Below, in pieces: positions 27,711-36,617 of a DNA stretch of 64,000 bases (position 1 is the first letter of the stretch; every line of letters starts with the position of its first letter). This DNA comes from an uncultured Candidatus Saccharibacteria bacterium (GTDB lineage Bacteria > Patescibacteriota > Minisyncoccia > Phycocordibacterales > UBA9973), in assembly GCA_964473175.1 (NCBI GenBank), contig CAYYNN010000001.1, positions 408-64,407 on the forward strand, in the 5' to 3' direction. The notes beneath the pieces were generated by a model. That model was not told the DNA's origin. It saw only the letters and a program-made list of their open reading frames with translations, and made no database searches. The position numbers were made by a program, and so were the translations under genes.

Positions 27711-29439
27711 CAATCAGTTTTTATATAAAAGTTATAGGGCATGGATCGGAACGGTATTGGCTGTAGCATTGGTTTTTGTTCCTGTGAATGCAGATGCTGC
27801 AACGCTTGCATTATCTCCAGCATCCACAAAAGTATCTGTAGGCAATATTGTTTCTGTGACACTCTCGCTCAATACAGCAGGTGTTGCTATCAATAACGCT
27901 GAAAGCGTTGTGCAGTTTCCTTCAGATTTATTGGAAGTAGTTTCGTTAAGTAAGAACTCATCTATCTTTTCATTATGGGTCGAAGAACCAACTTTTTCCA
28001 ATACTGCTGGTACGGTATCACTCAACGGTGGTGTTGCGAATCCTGGTTTCAATGGGAGTAGTGGTACACTTGCAACGATTATTTTTAAGGCAAAAAAGTC
28101 TGGCACCGCAACAGTTGTTTTTGCGGATGGCGCAGTACGAGCAAATGATGGTCTTGGTACCAATGTGTTAACTTCAAAAAGTGGGAGCACTATAGAGATA
28201 GCTCCACCCAAAGAGATAATGCCGGTTATGCCTGCTGTTCCTACTACCTCAGCTATCATCACGGTGCCTGCTGCGACAACATTAACACCTACGATCACTT
28301 CTGATACTCACCCAGAACAACATGTATGGTATTCAAATAGTACTGCGACATTTAGTTGGAAAGTTCCAAAGGGAGTGACTGGGCTACTCGCAGAGCTCAA
28401 TAAGACCGATGGTTCAACACCCAAAATTTCATATGATAGATCGGTTACCCAAAAAACACTCACAGGGCTCTCTGATGGAACATATTATTTTCATGTGAGA
28501 TACAAAGTAGGAACAGCGCTAGGTCCTGTAAATACATATAGAATTAATGTCGATACAACAGCACCGCCTTCCTTTGTTCCTACGCTTCGAACTGATGCTA
28601 AGCAGCAATACCTGTCACTGAATGCAGAGGATGCACTCTCAGGTATTAGTAGGTACACACTACGGATTGATGATAAGTCAGATATCGCGATAGATGTCAG
28701 TACACTCATAAATGGAGAATACCACCTTCCTGTACTAGTAGACGGTACACACAACATTGTGGTGACCGCATATGATAATGCTGGTAATAGTACCTCAGAA
28801 CATGTTGCGTACATAAGCCCGTATATCTCGAGCCCGGTATTTGAGTCAAGTGCTGACAATATTCATAAGGGGGAGCAAGTCACCATATCGGGCACAAGTG
28901 AGTATCCTGGCGCACAAGTAGCGATAGTTCTTGAAGTAAATGGTATAGAGATTAAAACATATCTTGAAACAGTCTCTGCTGATGGAACTTTCAGTATCAC
29001 CACTGATGCTTTGCAGAAAGTAGGGACAGTTACCGTGACTGCAAAAAATGTATTTTCTGAAAGTGTATACAGTCCCTTTTCAGAAAAGCTACAGTTCATT
29101 GTTCGAGAAACTGATGTTGCAAGAATAAGTATTGCTATTGTGTGGGTTATTGGAGCTGCGATCTCCGTCTTTATATTACTACTTCTGTTATATATCGGAT
29201 GGCGTAAGTTCTTATTATTACGTGCAAAAACAAAGCACGGACTCGAGCAAGCAATAGCTGATGCACACACTGCTACTACAATGTTGAAAGCAGAACTTGT
29301 TGATCAGTTAATGACTCTTGAGAAAAAACGCGTTGATCGTAATCTCAACAATGAAGAAGAGCGGATCTTTAAGGAAATAGAAAAAAATATCGACGATATC
29401 GACAAGTTTATTGAAAAGAAACTCAAGAAGATGTTGTAG
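27703..29439 (+). CDS. Cohesin-domain membrane-anchored surface protein (long form)
   Basis: Signal (ADA|A); ATLALSP..VGNIVSV..INNAE..FPSDLLEV..SIFSLW..GTLATIIFKAK..ANDGLGT; Ig repeats; TM; cytoplasmic coiled coil. Confidence 0.85.
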   Translation: MHNNQFLYKSYRAWIGTVLAVALVFVPVNADAATLALSPASTKVSVGNIVSVTLSLNTAGVAINNAESVVQFPSDLLEVVSLSKNSSIFSLWVEEPTFSNTAGTVSLNGGVANPGFNGSSGTLATIIFKAKKSGTATVVFADGAVRANDGLGTNVLTSKSGSTIEIAPPKEIMPVMPAVPTTSAIITVPAATTLTPTITSDTHPEQHVWYSNSTATFSWKVPKGVTGLLAELNKTDGSTPKISYDRSVTQKTLTGLSDGTYYFHVRYKVGTALGPVNTYRINVDTTAPPSFVPTLRTDAKQQYLSLNAEDALSGISRYTLRIDDKSDIAIDVSTLINGEYHLPVLVDGTHNIVVTAYDNAGNSTSEHVAYISPYISSPVFESSADNIHKGEQVTISGTSEYPGAQVAIVLEVNGIEIKTYLETVSADGTFSITTDALQKVGTVTVTAKNVFSESVYSPFSEKLQFIVRETDVARISIAIVWVIGAAISVFILLLLLYIGWRKFLLLRAKTKHGLEQAIADAHTATTMLKAELVDQLMTLEKKRVDRNLNNEEERIFKEIEKNIDDIDKFIEKKLKKML

Positions 29440-29445
29440 TATATA

Positions 29446-29742
29446 CTACTTGGTTGTTGATTTATTTCTGAACCATTTTTGTGTATCAGGTTTCCTGTGC
29501 GGGCAACCAGGCCAGCAACATGGACGTTTTTTCCCATCTTGTAATTGTGCGCAAAGTCGCTTGATATGCTCAGCTCGCGTATCGTCTTTTTTGACAATAG
29601 TGACCCAGCAAATCCATTCGTTACGTGCAAGTGGTGTCAACGTATCCCACAACCTCAAAGTATCTTTGTTCGAAGTTAGTGCTATCCGTAAGTCGTTTGG
29701 GGTTCGATGTATAAAAGTAGTGTTAGTTGTCTTGATACGCAT
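29446..29742 (-). CDS. YdeI/OmpD-associated family protein
   Basis: PNDL..AL..LWDTLTPLARNEWICWV..KKDDTR..I..L..GKKRPCCWPGC; TGcTATACT 6 nt upstream. Confidence 0.8.
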   Translation of the reverse strand: MRIKTTNTTFIHRTPNDLRIALTSNKDTLRLWDTLTPLARNEWICWVTIVKKDDTRAEHIKRLCAQLQDGKKRPCCWPGCPHRKPDTQKWFRNKSTTK

Positions 29743-29819
29743 AGTAAAAGTATAGCAAAGTTTGGAACACCTTATTTGGTACAGCAAAATACCTTGATAA
29801 ATATAGCTTTTAAATTCTG

Positions 29820-29891
29820 TGACCCCACGGAGAGTCGAACTCCGCTTCTATCCTTGAGAAGGATATGTCCTAACCGATAGACGATGGGGCC
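29820..29891 (-). tRNA. tRNA-Glu (anticodon CTC), CCA not encoded
   Basis: GGCCCCA/TGGGGTC acceptor stem, TATCC-TTCTCAA-GGATA anticodon arm, GTTCGAC T-loop. Confidence 0.95.
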
Positions 29892-29944
29892 AGTGTGTGT
29901 CGTGCTTGCATACTATAGCTTGCAAGGGTGTATAATTCAAGCAT

Positions 29945-30415
29945 ATGAAGAAACGATATTTATTACTGATACTAATACTAGGATTTGGGACCGTTTTTTG
30001 GCTTTTGGTCAGGAATGCTGCTGCGCCAATGACTTCTGTTGGGAAAAATGCAAACGACCCATCATTGGCTCCTGAAACACTTCCTGCACAAAAAGAAGGT
30101 TTGATTGTAGTCACGACTCCGTTACCGCAATCACAGGTGAGTTTACCGCTCATTATTAAAGGAAAGGCGAGAGGCAACTGGTATTTTGAAGGGTCGTTCT
30201 CGGTGACACTTGTTGATGGGCAGGGTACTGTCCTAGCCCAAGCGCCTGCCACTGCACAGGGTGATTGGATGACAACTGAGTATGTACCATTCACTCTTTC
30301 ATTGTCCTATACTGCTCCACTAAGTCCGACACAGGGATACGTGATACTCAAAAAGGATAACCCTAGCGGCGAGCCACAGTTCGACGATCAGCTTTCGATA
30401 CCCGTAACTATATAA
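29945..30415 (+). CDS. Gmad2 immunoglobulin-like domain protein
   Basis: GKARGNWYFEGSF..AQGDWMTTEYVPF..KDNPSG. Confidence 0.8.
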   Translation: MKKRYLLLILILGFGTVFWLLVRNAAAPMTSVGKNANDPSLAPETLPAQKEGLIVVTTPLPQSQVSLPLIIKGKARGNWYFEGSFSVTLVDGQGTVLAQAPATAQGDWMTTEYVPFTLSLSYTAPLSPTQGYVILKKDNPSGEPQFDDQLSIPVTI

Positions 30416-30419
30416 AACT

Positions 30420-31187
30420 ATGCAAACAAAACTTTCAGCAACACAAATTATCTTTAGCGTACTCGTCGTCATTGCGCTCGTCGGATGGTTTGTCATAAAT
30501 AGAACAAAGCATGTACCAGCACCTGTGGCGACCGCTCCTGAGACCATACTACCGACAGGAACACAGTGGCCATCTGTCGAAGTGAAAAAAGAGACATTCA
30601 GTGACTCCAATCAGTATTACACGATAGATGCAGCATATCCTTTGACTGCAGACCCACGCATTAGCGATGGATTGAAATCATTTATCGATGATCAGATTGC
30701 GCAATTCAAAAGCGATACGTCATGGGCGACTGATCCAAGTATTAGCTCTGCCTCTGAAGGGACATTGTCACTTTCTATAGATTATAAAGAACAAAAATCT
30801 AAAAATGCAGATGTCTACATATTTAGCATTTCAACATACACTGGTGGTGCTCACGGGCTGCAGTTCACTCGTACGTTTAACTATGATCAAAACGGCAAAG
30901 TAGTAGCACTCGCTGAGCTCTTTACTAATGGAGAGAAAGGATTGGAAACTATTGCTCCTTTTGTACAAAAAGCGATTACTGCCAAGAAAATATCTGACGC
31001 CGATTGGATAAAGGATGGAACAGCTCCAACACTTGAGAACTACCAATCATTTGTTATTTCAGATGAAGGAGTAACGTTTATCTTTGATGCATATCAAGTG
31101 GCTCCATATGCTGCGGGAACACAGAGTATCCTTGTGCCCATCACTGCGTTCAAATCAATAGCAAATCCACAAATATTTACGAAGTAA
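30420..31187 (+). CDS. DUF3298/RsiV-PdaC-like exported protein
   Basis: YTGGAHG..TFNYD..F..YQVAPYAAG. Confidence 0.8.
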   Translation: MQTKLSATQIIFSVLVVIALVGWFVINRTKHVPAPVATAPETILPTGTQWPSVEVKKETFSDSNQYYTIDAAYPLTADPRISDGLKSFIDDQIAQFKSDTSWATDPSISSASEGTLSLSIDYKEQKSKNADVYIFSISTYTGGAHGLQFTRTFNYDQNGKVVALAELFTNGEKGLETIAPFVQKAITAKKISDADWIKDGTAPTLENYQSFVISDEGVTFIFDAYQVAPYAAGTQSILVPITAFKSIANPQIFTK

Positions 31188-32246
31188 TTATTCTAGGGTA
31201 CGTTCTATATCACTGTCTCCAAGAACGAGGGGTTCGAGCGTGCTTTCACTTGCAGTAATCCGCATAACGTCTTTGTCTACTTTTTTGAGTTCTTTGGACG
31301 CGCTGTTGTAATGGTTCACAACAGTTTTTAGTGTCGTGCCAAGTTTGTTGTGATATTCCTCATACGCATATAAATGTTTGCCGAGTTCATCAACACGTTT
31401 GCGGATTTCTTTGGCACTTTCTTCTATTTGCATTGCTTTGAGGCCTTGTAATACTGTTTGCAAATAGGCGAGGAACGAAGTTGGGGAGACAATAATAACT
31501 CGGTACTTCGATGCTGCGCGTTGTATCAAGTTCTCTGCATCTTCTCCTGCGCCGACGGTGCCCACAAGGAGATCGTAATAAATAGCTTCATGGGGTATGA
31601 ACATAAAGGCAAAGTCCATGGTGTTGTTCTCGGGCTGGATATATTTGGACGTTTCAGCAATGCGGTTCTTGAGGTCGCTTTCAAAAAGCTTTGCGAGGTC
31701 ACGTTTACGCATTGGTTCTTTTTCCTCTACCATGCGGTTATAGTTTTCTAATGAAAATTTTGAATCAACAGGGATGACTTTGTCTTTCACAAAGACGGCA
31801 GCGTCCACGATCGTGCCATCAGGGAATCCATACTGCATAGCGTATCCAGAAGGCGGGAGTATGTTTTTTAAAAGTGTTTCAAGATAATATTCACCAAGTA
31901 CGCCGCGTTGTTTTGGGTTCTTCAAAATATCTTGGAGTTGTTGGAGTCCTTCAGCAAAACCGATAACTTGTTTGTTGCCTTCATCCAGGCGCGTGAGGCG
32001 TTCTGTAATATCTCCGATAATACGGACACTTTCAGAGCTTTGGTGGCGCATACTCTCACGCATACTTTTTTCGCTTTCAGAGAGTTTTGCGTCGACTGTT
32101 TTCTGGAGATCACCAACCTGCTGCATGAGAAGTTGAAATCCTGTCGCAGTATTGTCTTGCACAGGTTCGACTTTCTTTGATTTGGTTAAAAAATAGACAA
32201 CTCCGCCACCGAGAAGTATGCCAATAATAGTATAGATAGTTTGCAT
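31188..32246 (-). CDS. rmuC: DNA recombination protein RmuC
   Basis: KQRGVLGEYYLE, PVDSKFSL, DFAFMFIPHE, VSPTS. Confidence 0.92.
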   Translation of the reverse strand: MQTIYTIIGILLGGGVVYFLTKSKKVEPVQDNTATGFQLLMQQVGDLQKTVDAKLSESEKSMRESMRHQSSESVRIIGDITERLTRLDEGNKQVIGFAEGLQQLQDILKNPKQRGVLGEYYLETLLKNILPPSGYAMQYGFPDGTIVDAAVFVKDKVIPVDSKFSLENYNRMVEEKEPMRKRDLAKLFESDLKNRIAETSKYIQPENNTMDFAFMFIPHEAIYYDLLVGTVGAGEDAENLIQRAASKYRVIIVSPTSFLAYLQTVLQGLKAMQIEESAKEIRKRVDELGKHLYAYEEYHNKLGTTLKTVVNHYNSASKELKKVDKDVMRITASESTLEPLVLGDSDIERTLE

Positions 32247-32266
32247 AGAGGTATTGTAGCATGCGC

Positions 32267-32293
32267 AAAAAAAGCCGGACTGAGGTATCCGGC
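32267..32293 (-). terminator. Intrinsic terminator (minus strand)
   Basis: GCCGGA-N8-TCCGGC preceded by an A7 run. Confidence 0.7.
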
Positions 32294-32300
32294 CAATTAT

Positions 32301-32744
32301 TTACACTTTACATTTTCTTGCGAGTTCACGAATGAGACCATAATACTGAACTTCCCAATCGAGGGACTCAGAAAATAACAAAGTACCTCTGAGAACATGT
32401 TTCATTTGTAGTTCAACTTGTGAAATTGCGTATACAACATCTTTAGGCTCCCATAACAAGAGGGAAGTGTATACGTTGTTGATATCAAATGGTCGAGTAT
32501 CTAAACGAAACTTTTCTCCAAGTAATGTCGTACTGTAATCACACGTAAGCACTACATGTATCCCGGCGAGATGTGCTGTTGCTTGTGTATCATACAGGTG
32601 ATATGCAATTTTTGGGGTAAAATCGTTTTTCACCGCACCGTCTCCTGGAACAAATTCAATCTTTAGTTCTTTGTGGTGTTCACCAAAACGTTTCGTCTTA
32701 AGAATAACGTTGGTATCAATTTTTGCAAAATAAAAGGTACTCAT
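32301..32744 (-). CDS. Hypothetical protein
   Basis: ORF with its own TTGACT/TATAGT promoter and terminator. Confidence 0.6.
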   Translation of the reverse strand: MSTFYFAKIDTNVILKTKRFGEHHKELKIEFVPGDGAVKNDFTPKIAYHLYDTQATAHLAGIHVVLTCDYSTTLLGEKFRLDTRPFDINNVYTSLLLWEPKDVVYAISQVELQMKHVLRGTLLFSESLDWEVQYYGLIRELARKCKV

Positions 32745-32793
32745 ATAATGTATATTTTTTTATACTATACATTATCTTTAATTAAAGTCAATT

Positions 32794-33513
32794 CTATGCG
32801 AGATACTTTTCTAATGTGAAAATCCAATCTTCTTCACCTTCAGGTTTTTTACGTTTCTCATCGAGGAGCCATTGGAGGTACCCCTTATCCGTCTTCGCGA
32901 CTTCTTCAATAGTTTTGCCTCGATGTTTACCGAACGGTATATCTTTCAAAATAGAAGGTTCAGCCGTAATCTGTTGCATGCGTAGCAGTGCTGTCGGTTG
33001 ATCGATATGTTCATCATGCATCATTTTGTTCAATAGATAATCAAAGAGTTGTTCGAGTACCATCACATCAGCAAGTGCGTCATGTGCGCCCACCTCAAGC
33101 TCCATACCAAGGGCATATCGTAAATATTGGAGTTTGTAATTAGTAAATCTTCGCTCTGTGTCGATACTTCGGATAACTTTGAGGGTACAAATAGTGTTCG
33201 TCGGTACAATAGCATCAACCTTGAGCATACCCACATCAAATGAACAGTTGTGCGCAACAAAAATATTGTCAGCACTTTCAAAAAGGTTTTTAGTACTCGC
33301 ATATTCGTTACTTTCTTTAAATAGTGGTTTATCAGCAACCATTTTGTTGGTGATGTGGTGCACTGCACTCGCTTCATGTGTTATGGGCACTGACGGTTTA
33401 TACATTTCATTGAGTATAGGAGAAGGGTTGGCACGCTGAGTAATCGCGAGCTGGACAAGCTGGTCAGTGGGCCCATTTCCTGTTGTTTCAGTGTCAAAAA
33501 AATAGATGTTCAT
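32794..33513 (-). CDS. DEDDh 3'-5' exonuclease (ExoX-like, C-terminal PFGKHRG domain)
   Basis: FFDTETTG, VAHNCSFD, AHDALADV, IPFGKHRG..YLQWL. Confidence 0.9.
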   Translation of the reverse strand: MNIYFFDTETTGNGPTDQLVQLAITQRANPSPILNEMYKPSVPITHEASAVHHITNKMVADKPLFKESNEYASTKNLFESADNIFVAHNCSFDVGMLKVDAIVPTNTICTLKVIRSIDTERRFTNYKLQYLRYALGMELEVGAHDALADVMVLEQLFDYLLNKMMHDEHIDQPTALLRMQQITAEPSILKDIPFGKHRGKTIEEVAKTDKGYLQWLLDEKRKKPEGEEDWIFTLEKYLA

Positions 33514-33520
33514 ACCATAT

Positions 33521-33538
33521 AGTGTAGCATGGTATAAT
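33521..33538. promoter_or_regulatory. Back-to-back extended -10 promoters
   Basis: AGTGTA-G-CATG-G-TATAAT: TGcTACACT on the minus strand, TGgTATAAT on the plus strand. Confidence 0.75.
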
Positions 33539-33544
33539 AACGAT

Positions 33545-33997
33545 ATGATCTCAATAGATATCCGTGAAAAAATGAAGGACGCAATGCGTGCAAAGGATCA
33601 AGTAGCACTTGATACCTATCGAGGACTACTCTCTGCATTTACCAACGAGCTCGTTGCTGCAGGTAAAACTCCGCAAGACGAAATCACTGACGAAATAGCG
33701 CTGTCGGTTATCAAGCGAACAATCAAACAACGCAAAGATGCTATTGCGCAGTTTGAAGCAGGAGGCAGACAAGACCTCGCAGATGCAGACAAACGACAAC
33801 TTGCACTACTGGATATATTTCAGCCGGCACAGATGTCTGAAGAGAGTATTCGCGCTATCGCAAAAACAAAAAAAGCAGACCTCGCTATTACCGATAAAGC
33901 AAAAATAGGGATTCTTGTCGGAGCTGTGATGAAAGAAACTGCGGGCAACGCCGATGGGCAAGTGGTGAAAAAGATTGTAGAAGACCTATTTATTTAA
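33545..33997 (+). CDS. yqeY: GatB/YqeY domain protein
   Basis: MKDAMRAKD..IKQRKDAI.QF..GGRQDLAD..ADG. Confidence 0.9.
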   Translation: MISIDIREKMKDAMRAKDQVALDTYRGLLSAFTNELVAAGKTPQDEITDEIALSVIKRTIKQRKDAIAQFEAGGRQDLADADKRQLALLDIFQPAQMSEESIRAIAKTKKADLAITDKAKIGILVGAVMKETAGNADGQVVKKIVEDLFI

Positions 33998-34022
33998 CTA
34001 CTTATATATTATACTTATTCCT

Positions 34023-34358
34023 ATGATATTACTTCGCTGGTTCATCACGACGCTCGCAATATTTGCATTGCCATCATTTGTTCATGGGATTGCTGTCAAC
34101 TCACTTCTAACGGCACTTATCGTGTCAGTATGTCTCGTGTTCATCAACATGGTCATCAAGCCTATTGTGACATTGCTTACGCTACCAATTAACATTCTCA
34201 CTCTTGGATTGTTTTCCATAATTCTCAATGGCGCTTTCTTCTGGCTCGTCGCACAAATCATCTCAGGATTTACTGTTGCCTCGTTTACTGCCGCAGTTAT
34301 CGGCGCACTTGTTATCTCTGTAATCAACTGGATTATCAACCACTTCATCAAGGATTAA
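34023..34358 (+). CDS. YvlD / 4-TMS holin-family membrane protein
   Basis: N..IKPI..LLTLPINILTLGLF..ILNG. Confidence 0.85.
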   Translation: MILLRWFITTLAIFALPSFVHGIAVNSLLTALIVSVCLVFINMVIKPIVTLLTLPINILTLGLFSIILNGAFFWLVAQIISGFTVASFTAAVIGALVISVINWIINHFIKD

Positions 34359-34359
34359 T

Positions 34360-35244
34360 ATGGCAGTACTCACGATAGCGACGCATGATGGAACATTCCA
34401 CACGGATGATGTTTTTGCCTGCGCCACGCTTTCGCTTGCATTCAAAGATCAAGAAATAGAAATTGTGAGAACCCGTGATGGAGATACGATTAATAACGCA
34501 GATATTGTTTTTGATGTAGGAGATGTCTATGATAGCGCGCTTAAACGGTTTGATCATCATCAAAAGGGGGGTACAGAAGATAGAGAAAATGGTATCCCGT
34601 ATGCTTCTTTTGGATTAGTTTGGAAAGAATACGGCACGCTTCTTTGTGGAGATGCAATTGTTGCTGAACTTATCGATGAGCGACTAGTGCAGTGTATTGA
34701 TGGTCCAGACAACGGCATAGGACAAATCAACATGAACAACGGCTATTATCCATACGGTATCATTGACGTCATCATTGCAGAACGTCCAACCTGGCAAGAG
34801 TCGCTGAGCATGGATGAAGCATTTATGAGTGCAGTGAACATCGCAATGCATGTGTTAACGCGGTCTATTGCACACACACAAAGCTATATACAAGCAAAAG
34901 GATTATTACAAAATTCCTATGACGCAGCACCAGACAAACGCATCATTGAGATTGATCGAGAATATCCTGGAACGGTCGAATTTGCAGCAGAGCACTCCGA
35001 CATACTCTACGTCATATATAAACGTGAAAGTTCGGGGTGGAGCGTCAAAGCTGCAAGACTAGATGGCAGTCTTTTTGAGTCACGAAAACCGCTTCCTCTG
35101 TCATGGGCAGGACTTAGAGATACACAACTACAACGTGAGACAGGAGTATCAGACGCCATATTTTGCCACAAAGCGCGCTTCATGGCAGTAGCAGCAAGTA
35201 GAGAAGGGGCTTGGGCATTAGCTAAAAGTGCGCTACAGTCTTAA
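34360..35244 (+). CDS. MYG1-family exonuclease
   Basis: THDGTFHTDDV, DVG..D..RFDHHQ, FCHK.RF. Confidence 0.9.
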   Translation: MAVLTIATHDGTFHTDDVFACATLSLAFKDQEIEIVRTRDGDTINNADIVFDVGDVYDSALKRFDHHQKGGTEDRENGIPYASFGLVWKEYGTLLCGDAIVAELIDERLVQCIDGPDNGIGQINMNNGYYPYGIIDVIIAERPTWQESLSMDEAFMSAVNIAMHVLTRSIAHTQSYIQAKGLLQNSYDAAPDKRIIEIDREYPGTVEFAAEHSDILYVIYKRESSGWSVKAARLDGSLFESRKPLPLSWAGLRDTQLQRETGVSDAIFCHKARFMAVAASREGAWALAKSALQS

Positions 35245-35247
35245 CCT

Positions 35248-36219
35248 ATGGCATTTCTCGACGAAATTACAATTAGCGCAAAGGCAGGTAAAGGGGGCGA
35301 CGGCGTCGTTCGCTGGAGACATGAGAAGTTCATTGCTATGGGTGGACCAAACGGTGGGGATGGAGGACGAGGTGGAGATGTATTTATACGTGGAATACGA
35401 AGTTTGCGTGTTCTTGATACCTATAAAAGCAAGAAAGAATACTTTGGTCATGACGGAGAGGCTGGAGGTGGGCGCAGTTTCAAAGGGGCAAACGGTGCAG
35501 ACCTTTATCTCGAATTTCCACTTGGCTCAATGATTACCAATACAACGACTGGTGCAACGTATGAACTCATCAAAGAAGGTCAAGAAATTCAAATCTTGAC
35601 CGGAGGAGTTGGAGGTCACGGAAACGAACATTTCAAAAGCTCTACCAACCGATCACCGGATGCTGCAACACTCGGCAAGCCTGGTGAAGAAGCAGAGCTG
35701 CACATCGAAGTGACTCTCATCGCAGATGTTGGACTTATCGGGTTTCCTAACGCTGGGAAGTCGAGTCTGTTAAATGCTATGACCAATGCACAGGCAAAAA
35801 CTGGCGACTACCCATTCACCACGCTCGACCCAAACCTAGGTGACTTGTACGGGTTTATCATTGCCGACATCCCGGGACTGATCGAAGGAGCGAGCGATGG
35901 TAAAGGGCTTGGTCATAAGTTCTTGCGACATATTAACAAGACGAAAGTGTTGGTACATCTTGTCTCTTTTGAGCAACCCAATATGATGAAAAGCTATACA
36001 ACTATTCGTGAAGAGCTTTTGAAGTTCAGTGATGATTTGGATAAAAAAGATGAAATCATTTTGTTAACAAAAACTGATACAGTGCCGACTGAAGCAGTCA
36101 GTGATGCACTCGCGAAGTTTAAGAAACTCGGTAAGCCAGTGTTTGCAGTGACATTGTTTGATGAAGAAGGTGTAAAAGCATTTAAACACAAACTGATTGA
36201 TATATTAAAAGGAGAATAA
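35248..36219 (+). CDS. obgE: GTPase ObgE
   Basis: Gly-rich Obg domain; GFPNAGKS, YPFTT, DIPG, TKTD. Confidence 0.95.
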   Translation: MAFLDEITISAKAGKGGDGVVRWRHEKFIAMGGPNGGDGGRGGDVFIRGIRSLRVLDTYKSKKEYFGHDGEAGGGRSFKGANGADLYLEFPLGSMITNTTTGATYELIKEGQEIQILTGGVGGHGNEHFKSSTNRSPDAATLGKPGEEAELHIEVTLIADVGLIGFPNAGKSSLLNAMTNAQAKTGDYPFTTLDPNLGDLYGFIIADIPGLIEGASDGKGLGHKFLRHINKTKVLVHLVSFEQPNMMKSYTTIREELLKFSDDLDKKDEIILLTKTDTVPTEAVSDALAKFKKLGKPVFAVTLFDEEGVKAFKHKLIDILKGE

Positions 36220-36222
36220 TTA

Positions 36223-36243
36223 AGCCCCGGCAATACCGGGGCT
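36223..36243. terminator. Hairpin terminator between convergent genes
   Basis: AGCCCCGG-CAATA-CCGGGGCT. Confidence 0.75.
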
Positions 36244-36268
36244 GAACTTTTGTTTGTTGGCTAATTTG

Positions 36269-36490
36269 TTAGTGTAGAGCGATTAATCGTAATCTTCCAG
36301 GTATAGGTTGAGCATACAAATTGTTCAAAGGATGAGTAATCGAATCAATGAAATTTTCAGTTGAGTTCGTTTGCATATGCCTTTGATCAAGTTGTCGTTC
36401 AATCTTTCTGAGAAAGATGGTACGTAATAATTCCCGACAGGTAGGGGCATGGGATTTGCTCTGTTTTGGTGATGAAGTTTCTTTAGCCAT
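36269..36490 (-). CDS. Small hypothetical protein
   Basis: TTGACT, 16 bp, TAGAGT upstream; A/C-rich leader. Confidence 0.5.
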   Translation of the reverse strand: MAKETSSPKQSKSHAPTCRELLRTIFLRKIERQLDQRHMQTNSTENFIDSITHPLNNLYAQPIPGRLRLIALH

Positions 36491-36570
36491 AAAGAATAAG
36501 GGTTTAAATTGTTATGGAAAGCTTTTTCTTAACTCTACTCCTCTTATTGCATGAGTCAAGAGTGGGTAAT

Positions 36571-36601
36571 AAAAAACCGACCATGATAACATGATCGGTT
36601 T
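36571..36601 (-). terminator. Intrinsic terminator (minus strand)
   Basis: AAACCGAcCATG-ATAA-CATGaTCGGTTT with an A run on the plus strand. Confidence 0.7.
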
Positions 36602-36617
36602 GTACAATGAAGATTTC

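Noticed and set aside
19716-29439. Prophage tail region or true cellulosome
   Set aside because: No phage head, packaging or lysis genes and no glycoside hydrolase domains; signal peptides, TM anchors and tat genes point to a cellular surface system.
34023-34358. Holin-family gene as evidence of a prophage
   Set aside because: YvlD-type 4-TMS proteins are common chromosomal genes; no capsid, terminase or integrase nearby.
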